Positions 58,707 through 64,000 of a DNA stretch of 64,000 nucleotides are shown here, piece by piece. Numbering within the stretch: the first letter of the stretch is position 1; each line of letters begins with the position of its first letter. The DNA is from an uncultured Lacisediminihabitans sp. (GTDB lineage: Bacteria > Actinomycetota > Actinomycetes > Actinomycetales > Microbacteriaceae). The stretch spans positions 28,806 through 92,805 of the forward strand of contig CBIHRK010000002.1 of NCBI GenBank assembly GCA_966212465.1, written 5' to 3'. Below the pieces are notes generated by a model that was not told the origin of the DNA, ran no database searches, and worked only from the letters and a program-made list of their open reading frames with translations. Position numbers and translations under genes: made by a program.

Positions 58707-60368
58707 ATGACACCGTCGTCTCGTGACCAGCCCGACGCCATCGTGATCGGGGCCGGCCTCGCCGGTCTCGTCGCCGCCGCAGAGCTCGCCGATGCCGGCA
58801 AGCGGGTCACCGTGCTCGATCAGGAGCCGGAGGCATCCCTCGGCGGCCAGGCCTGGTGGTCGTTCGGCGGTCTGTTCCTCGTGGACTCCCCCGAGCAGCG
58901 CAGGATGGGCGTGACGGACAGCCTCGAGCTCGCCCGCCAGGACTGGTTCGGCAGTGCCGGCTTCGATCGGCCCGAGGACGAGTGGGGTCGTCGATGGGCC
59001 GACGCCTACCTCGAGTTCGCGGCGGGCGAGAAGCGCGCGTGGCTCAGGGAGCAGGGGGTGCGGTTCTTCCCCATCGTCGGGTGGGCGGAGCGCGGCGGGT
59101 ACACGGCGAACGGTCACGGCAATTCGGTGCCGCGCTTCCACATCACGTGGGGCACCGGCCCCGGTGTGCTGGCGCCATTCATCCGCAGGGTGCAGGCCGG
59201 TGTGGCGAAAGGGCTGGTCACCCTGAGCTTCCGTCACCGCGTGGACGAACTCCTGGTCGAGGGCGGCGCAGTGGTCGGCGCCCGCGGTGCGGTGCTGGCG
59301 CCCGACCCGGCGGAGCGCGGCGCCGCCAGCAACCGCGAGGTCGCCGGGGAATTCGAGGTGCGCGCTCCTGCGGTGATCGTCACCAGCGGCGGCATCGGCG
59401 GCAATCACGACCTGGTGCGCGCGCAGTGGCCGGAGCGTCTCGGCACGCCACCCGAGCACATGCTGTCCGGCGTGCCGGCACATGTCGACGGGCGTATGCT
59501 CGCCATCGCCGAGGCGGGGGGCGCGCGCCTGGTGAACGGCGATCGCATGTGGCACTACGTCGAGGGGATCGAGAACTTCGCTCCCGTGTGGGCGCGCCAC
59601 GGCATCCGCATCCTTCCGGGCCCGTCGTCGCTCTGGCTGGATGCCACGGGCGCCCGCCTACCCGTGCCGCTCTTCCCCGGCTTCGACACCCTCGGCACGC
59701 TGGCCCACCTGCGCACGACCGGGTACGACCATTCGTGGTTCGTGCTTACACAGAAGATCATCGAGAAGGAGTTCGCGCTCTCCGGCAGCGAGCAGAACCC
59801 CGACCTCACGGGCAAGGACTACCGACTGCTCGCCAAACGGATCGGGCCCGGCGCTCCAGGACCGGTGGAGGCGTTCAAGCAGAGGGGCGCCGACTTCGTC
59901 GTGGCCGATACCCTCGACGAGCTGCTCGCCGGCATGCAGCGCCTCTCGCCCGAGGCCCCCCTCGACGTCGCGAGGGTGCGCGACGAGATCGTCGCCCGCG
60001 ATCGCGAGCTCGCGAACGACTTCAGCAAGGATTCGCAGATCAACGCGATCCGGCAGGCGAGGCGCTACCGCGGCGACAAGCTGATCCGGGTGGCATCACC
60101 GCACCGCATCCTCGACGAGAAGGCGGGGCCGCTGATCGCGGTGAAGCTGCACGTCGTCACGCGCAAGAGCCTCGGCGGCATCCAGACCGACCTCGCAGGC
60201 CGCGCACTCGGTGCCGACGGCAGCCCGGTGCCGGGACTGTATGCGGCCGGCGAGGCGAGCGGTTTCGGCGGCGGCGGCGTGCACGGCTACCGGTCGCTCG
60301 AGGGCACGTTCCTCGGCGGCTGCCTGTTCACGGGACGGGTCGCCGGCCGCTCGGCGGCCGCGCAGTAG
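58707..60368 (+). CDS. FAD-binding dehydrogenase (3-ketosteroid dehydrogenase-like family)
   Basis: IVIGAGLAGL, SLGGQAWWSFGG, TRKSLGG, LEGTFLGGC. Confidence 0.88.
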   Translation: MTPSSRDQPDAIVIGAGLAGLVAAAELADAGKRVTVLDQEPEASLGGQAWWSFGGLFLVDSPEQRRMGVTDSLELARQDWFGSAGFDRPEDEWGRRWADAYLEFAAGEKRAWLREQGVRFFPIVGWAERGGYTANGHGNSVPRFHITWGTGPGVLAPFIRRVQAGVAKGLVTLSFRHRVDELLVEGGAVVGARGAVLAPDPAERGAASNREVAGEFEVRAPAVIVTSGGIGGNHDLVRAQWPERLGTPPEHMLSGVPAHVDGRMLAIAEAGGARLVNGDRMWHYVEGIENFAPVWARHGIRILPGPSSLWLDATGARLPVPLFPGFDTLGTLAHLRTTGYDHSWFVLTQKIIEKEFALSGSEQNPDLTGKDYRLLAKRIGPGAPGPVEAFKQRGADFVVADTLDELLAGMQRLSPEAPLDVARVRDEIVARDRELANDFSKDSQINAIRQARRYRGDKLIRVASPHRILDEKAGPLIAVKLHVVTRKSLGGIQTDLAGRALGADGSPVPGLYAAGEASGFGGGGVHGYRSLEGTFLGGCLFTGRVAGRSAAAQ

Positions 60369-60389
60369 CATCGAACCAGGGAGGTAGTG

Positions 60390-60815
60390 ATGAGCGACTG
60401 GAACGATGCGATCATCGCCGAATTCAGGGCGAACGACGGGCGGGTTGCCCGATTCGGCAACGGGCATCTGCTGCTTCTGACGACGACGGGCGCGAAGACC
60501 GGCCTCAAGCGCACCACTCCGGTGCTGGCCGTCGAGCGGCCCAACCCCTACGGCTCGGTCTATGTGATCGCGTCGTATGCCGGGCGCGACATCCATCCGG
60601 CCTGGTACCACAACATCCTCGTGACCCCCGAGGTCTTCGTGGAGCTCGCGACCGACCACGGCATCGTGACCTATGACGCGACGGCCGCCGTGGTGCCGCG
60701 GGCGGAGCGCGATGAGATCTATGCGGAGGTCGCCGCCGGCAACCCGGGCTTCGCGGAGTACGAGAAGAAGACGGATCGGGTCATCCCCGTGGTGGAACTG
60801 CGCCGCCTGGACTGA
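60390..60815 (+). CDS. Deazaflavin (F420)-dependent nitroreductase-like protein (DDN)
   Basis: WNDAIIAEFRAN, LLLTTTGAKTG, HPAWYHN, RVIPVV. Confidence 0.88.
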   Translation: MSDWNDAIIAEFRANDGRVARFGNGHLLLLTTTGAKTGLKRTTPVLAVERPNPYGSVYVIASYAGRDIHPAWYHNILVTPEVFVELATDHGIVTYDATAAVVPRAERDEIYAEVAAGNPGFAEYEKKTDRVIPVVELRRLD

Positions 60816-60842
60816 CGAGCCCGGTCTCCCGCAGCTCGATGC

Positions 60843-61502
60843 TCAGCGCGGCCCGCGGAAGGGTCCGCGCACGACGGACCACTGCAGCAGCATGATCGTC
60901 TTCGCATCGGCGATCCGACCGTCGTCGATCATGGCGAGCGCGTCGTCCACGTCGAGCTCGAGGATCTCGATCTCCTCGCCCTCCTCGGCGAGCCCGCCGC
61001 CCGCGGACGTGCGGCTCGCGGCGGTGTACGGCGCCGCGTAGAAGTGGATCCGCTCGGTGACGGACCCCGGGCTCATGAACACGTCGAACACGTGGTCCAG
61101 CTCCCCCACGGTCACCCCGAGCTCCTCGCTCGCCTCGCGACGGATGGCCGTCTCGGCATCGTCATCGTCGAGAAGCCCGGCCGCGGTCTCGATCAGCATG
61201 CCGTTCGGATGCCCGTTGACGTAGGCGGGAAAGCGGAATTGCCGCGAGAGCAGCACCGTGTGTCGTGCCGTGTCGTAGAGCAGGATGGTCGCGCCGTTGC
61301 CACGGTCGTAGGTCTCGCGGGCTTCCACGGTGACCCGGCCGTCGGCGTGCCGATGCTCGAACGTCGTGCGGCGCAGCACGTGCCACGCCGAGGCGATGAG
61401 CTCGACATCCGTGACGGTGATGTCGGGATTGCCGTCGAGGTGCCGGCCGGCGCGGTCGAGATGCGTGCGACCGCGGGCATCCGGCTCGTCCAGCCCCCGC
61501 AT
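60843..61502 (-). CDS. NUDIX hydrolase (NudK/GDP-mannose pyrophosphatase-like)
   Basis: RETYDRGNGA, ETAAGLLD...REASEELG Nudix box, DAKTIMLLQ. Confidence 0.9.
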   Translation of the reverse strand: MRGLDEPDARGRTHLDRAGRHLDGNPDITVTDVELIASAWHVLRRTTFEHRHADGRVTVEARETYDRGNGATILLYDTARHTVLLSRQFRFPAYVNGHPNGMLIETAAGLLDDDDAETAIRREASEELGVTVGELDHVFDVFMSPGSVTERIHFYAAPYTAASRTSAGGGLAEEGEEIEILELDVDDALAMIDDGRIADAKTIMLLQWSVVRGPFRGPR

Positions 61503-62179
61503 CAGCGCTGCAACGACCAGGCCCGGCGCTTGACGAGCACGTGGCCGCGGTGGGTGGTCAGCCGGGTCCACGGGCCGGTCTCGTAGATGCGCACCGGCTC
61601 ATGGCCGCCGAGGAATCCGAGGCTGACGGCGGCGAATGCCGCCCCCGCCGGAACGTATTCGAGCCCCTCGATCGGGCGGCCCCAGACCTCAGACCGCACG
61701 CGATGCACGATTTGCTCGCCCGTGCCCTCAGGAATGGCGGTGGCGACCTCGTCGATGCCTGCACGAGCGACCGCGTCGAGCGGCGAGGTGGGGAAGTCGC
61801 CGAGCGGAAGCCACCCCCCGCGCGGCGGCGAGATGGCCGCCCACGTGACCGTGTTCACCTGCATGGGAAGGCTGACCTCCACCGGGGCGGTGGGGTCGAC
61901 GATCCCGGACTGCAGGCGCGAGAGCCGGTCGAGCAGGGAGCGCACGGGCACCACCACGTCGAACGAGTCCCGGTCGGTGAGGGCGAAGGTGCGCAATCCC
62001 AGGATGGTGGGGCTCTCGTCGAGCAGACCCACCGGGTAGAACACGGCGACGTACACGGCGAGCACCCCCGAGCCGGCGATCAGGCGCACGGAACCGTCCT
62101 CGACCCGGCCGGCGCGACTGAGGTAGACCTGCAGGTCGCCGAGGGAGAGGGAGTCAACGAGGGAGAATGACTGGCTCAT
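61502..62179 (-). CDS. Conserved hypothetical protein divergent from tesB
   Basis: 225-aa ORF, DLQVYLSRA...PPRGGW...GPWTRLTTHRGHVL; coupled to the NUDIX gene. Confidence 0.7.
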   Translation of the reverse strand: MSQSFSLVDSLSLGDLQVYLSRAGRVEDGSVRLIAGSGVLAVYVAVFYPVGLLDESPTILGLRTFALTDRDSFDVVVPVRSLLDRLSRLQSGIVDPTAPVEVSLPMQVNTVTWAAISPPRGGWLPLGDFPTSPLDAVARAGIDEVATAIPEGTGEQIVHRVRSEVWGRPIEGLEYVPAGAAFAAVSLGFLGGHEPVRIYETGPWTRLTTHRGHVLVKRRAWSLQR

Positions 62180-62244
62180 GTGACTCTTAAACTATTACAG
62201 CGCCGGGCATGCCGCCGACCGCGCCACGAGATGACGGAGAACCC

Positions 62245-63132
62245 ATGCCCGACCCGCTCGAAAACATGCTCGCCGCGCTCGACCTCACCAACACGCACGC
62301 CCGCACCAGCGAGGACATCTTCATCGGCAGCAGCCAGTGGATGCCGCAGGGCCGCGTCTTCGGCGGCCAGGTGCTCGCACAGTCTCTGGTCGCAGCACAG
62401 CGCACGTTGCAGGAGGGTCGCAACGTGCACTCGATGCACGGCTACTTCCTCCGGCCCGGCGACATGGACGAGCCGATCACGTTCTCGGTGGACCGCATCC
62501 ACGACGGCCGCTCGTTCTCCACCCGCCGCACCCAGGCATACCAGCACGGCCTGCCGATCCTGTCGATGATCGCGTCGTTCCAGGACACGAACGACGGGCT
62601 CGAGCACCAGGTGGACATGCCCGTGGATCTGGCGCAGCCCGAGGATCTCCCGAGTGTCTCCGAGCTGCTCGGCGGGTTCGATCATCCGGTGGCGAAGGTG
62701 TGGGCCAACGGGCGCCCGTTCGACATGCGCCATGTGCCCTCCCCCGTGTTCCTCAGCGTGGAGGGCGCTCGCACGGCGCACCAGGCGGTCTGGTTGAAGG
62801 CGATCGGGCCGCTGCCCGACGACCCGGCCATCCACCGCGCAGCCCTCGCCTACGCGAGCGACTACACGATTCTCGAACCGATCCTCCGCAGGCACGGCGT
62901 GCCGTGGGTGACTCCGGGTCTCAAGATCGCGAGTCTCGACCACGCGATGTGGTTCCATCGCTTCGGCCGCGTGGACGAGTGGCTGCTCTACGCGCAGGAG
63001 TCGCCGAACGCCACAGGCGGGCGCGGTCTCTCCCTCGGGCGCATCTACGCGCGGGACGGGCGCCTTCTGGCCAGCGTGGCCCAGGAGGGCACCATCCGCG
63101 TGCCGTTCGACGACGGCGCACCGACCTCCTAG
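62245..63132 (+). CDS. tesB: Acyl-CoA thioesterase II
   Basis: RVFGGQV, HGYFLRPGD, YASDYT, SLDHAMWFH, ASVAQEG. Confidence 0.94.
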   Translation: MPDPLENMLAALDLTNTHARTSEDIFIGSSQWMPQGRVFGGQVLAQSLVAAQRTLQEGRNVHSMHGYFLRPGDMDEPITFSVDRIHDGRSFSTRRTQAYQHGLPILSMIASFQDTNDGLEHQVDMPVDLAQPEDLPSVSELLGGFDHPVAKVWANGRPFDMRHVPSPVFLSVEGARTAHQAVWLKAIGPLPDDPAIHRAALAYASDYTILEPILRRHGVPWVTPGLKIASLDHAMWFHRFGRVDEWLLYAQESPNATGGRGLSLGRIYARDGRLLASVAQEGTIRVPFDDGAPTS

Positions 63133-63842
63133 AGCGCGCCGCTCAGCAGCACGGTGCCGTCGGGCAGTGCCCGCACGTCGACCGATCTGATGCTGTCCAG
63201 CGCGAGTCCCACGGTTCCGGACGGCTCGGCCGTCGTTCCGGGCGACGACCACCACGTCGCCACCTCCGTCGCCACCCCGTGGTCGTCCGTCACGTACATG
63301 GCGTACGACCGCGACGTGCTGGGGTCGTAGGGCGGCGGCGTGCCGGTGGGCCGCGGCCCGTAGCTGCAGTCCATCTCGATGCGCGTGCCCCAGCCCTCCG
63401 GAACCAGCCGGATGCTGGCACTGAGCGGGCTGTCCACGACGCGATCCAGCGCCACGACGCGGGAGGCGGTGGTGCTGGCCGTCGGTGGCGCAGCCGGGAA
63501 CACGGCCGGGAGAACGAGCACGATCGCTGCGGCAGCCGCCGCGGCCGCGAGGATGCCGCCGGTGACGAGCGCGCGGACGCGACGCTGCCGGCGGCGCGCC
63601 GAGCGCACGAGGCGCGGCAGGAGGGTGGGCGGCATCGGGATGGCGGGCTCGCCGTCGAGGGCGAGCGCGTCGTCCGCCGGCACCTTCGCGAGCAGCCCGG
63701 GCAGCCCGGCGATCTCGGCCACCGACTGGGCGCAGGACGCGCAGTCGGCCAGGTGCTGCTCGAACTCCCGGCGCTCCGCGGCCGACAGCGATCCGAGCAC
63801 GTAGGCGGCATCCCATTCCGTGTAGGCGTCGTGTGCGCTCAT
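63129..63842 (-). CDS. Zinc-binding anti-sigma factor (zf-HC2; RslA-like)
   Basis: AAYVLGSL..ERREFEQHLADCASC (HxxxCxxC), one TM helix, extracellular domain. Confidence 0.88.
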   Translation of the reverse strand: MSAHDAYTEWDAAYVLGSLSAAERREFEQHLADCASCAQSVAEIAGLPGLLAKVPADDALALDGEPAIPMPPTLLPRLVRSARRRQRRVRALVTGGILAAAAAAAAIVLVLPAVFPAAPPTASTTASRVVALDRVVDSPLSASIRLVPEGWGTRIEMDCSYGPRPTGTPPPYDPSTSRSYAMYVTDDHGVATEVATWWSSPGTTAEPSGTVGLALDSIRSVDVRALPDGTVLLSGAL

Positions 63843-64000
63843 TGCGTCACCCCCCGCTCCTGCAGCGCGAGACGGAGCGCGCGGAGGGCGTAGTGGAGTC
63901 GCGACTTGACCGTGCCTGCCGGGATCTCCAGCTCCGCCGCGATCTCGGCGATCGACTGACCGCGGTAGTACGCGTGCACGACGACGAGCCGGTGGTCGTT
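63839..64000 (-). CDS. ECF sigma factor, C-terminal region 4 (partial; SigL-like)
   Basis: HRLVVVHAYYRGQSIAEIAAELEIPAGTVKSRLHYALRALRLALQERGVTQ; stop overlaps the anti-sigma start. Confidence 0.88.
   Translation of the reverse strand, partial: NDHRLVVVHAYYRGQSIAEIAAELEIPAGTVKSRLHYALRALRLALQERGVTQ

Overview
High-GC (~70%) actinobacterial chromosome segment; gene content and order are typical of Microbacteriaceae. It is mostly core genome: rne, VKOR/dsbA, ndk-DUF4233-folC-ileS with a translational Ile T-box, pdxH, valS, dcp, clpX/clpP/clpP/tig, tRNA-Pro and tRNA-Gly, dps, nei, rpiB, pepN, glbO, tesB and an ECF sigma/anti-sigma pair. No integrase, transposase, rRNA or CRISPR was seen. The accessory content sits inside the normally contiguous tig-clpP1-clpP2-clpX cluster. 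(1) A translationally coupled three-gene unit encodes an 81-aa Gly/Asp/His peptide with three 22-aa repeats, a JmjC/ROX-type 2-oxoglutarate oxygenase and a sucrase-ferredoxin [2Fe-2S] protein; this is a candidate undescribed RiPP-like or peptide-hydroxylation system. (2) A His/Met/Cys-rich membrane ORF ending in an RGPP ribosome-arrest motif lies upstream of ycnI-copC, with an anti-Shine-Dalgarno element just after the motif; this is a candidate copper-responsive translational attenuator. Other observations: a GH31/GH15/ABC/ROK operon resembling cycloalternan (CNN) catabolic clusters, a VKOR with a catalytically dead internal duplicate, two operator arrays, and strong over-representation of the 7-mer GGATGCC/GGCATCC. 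All calls come from motif recognition and by-eye reading; no database searches were run.
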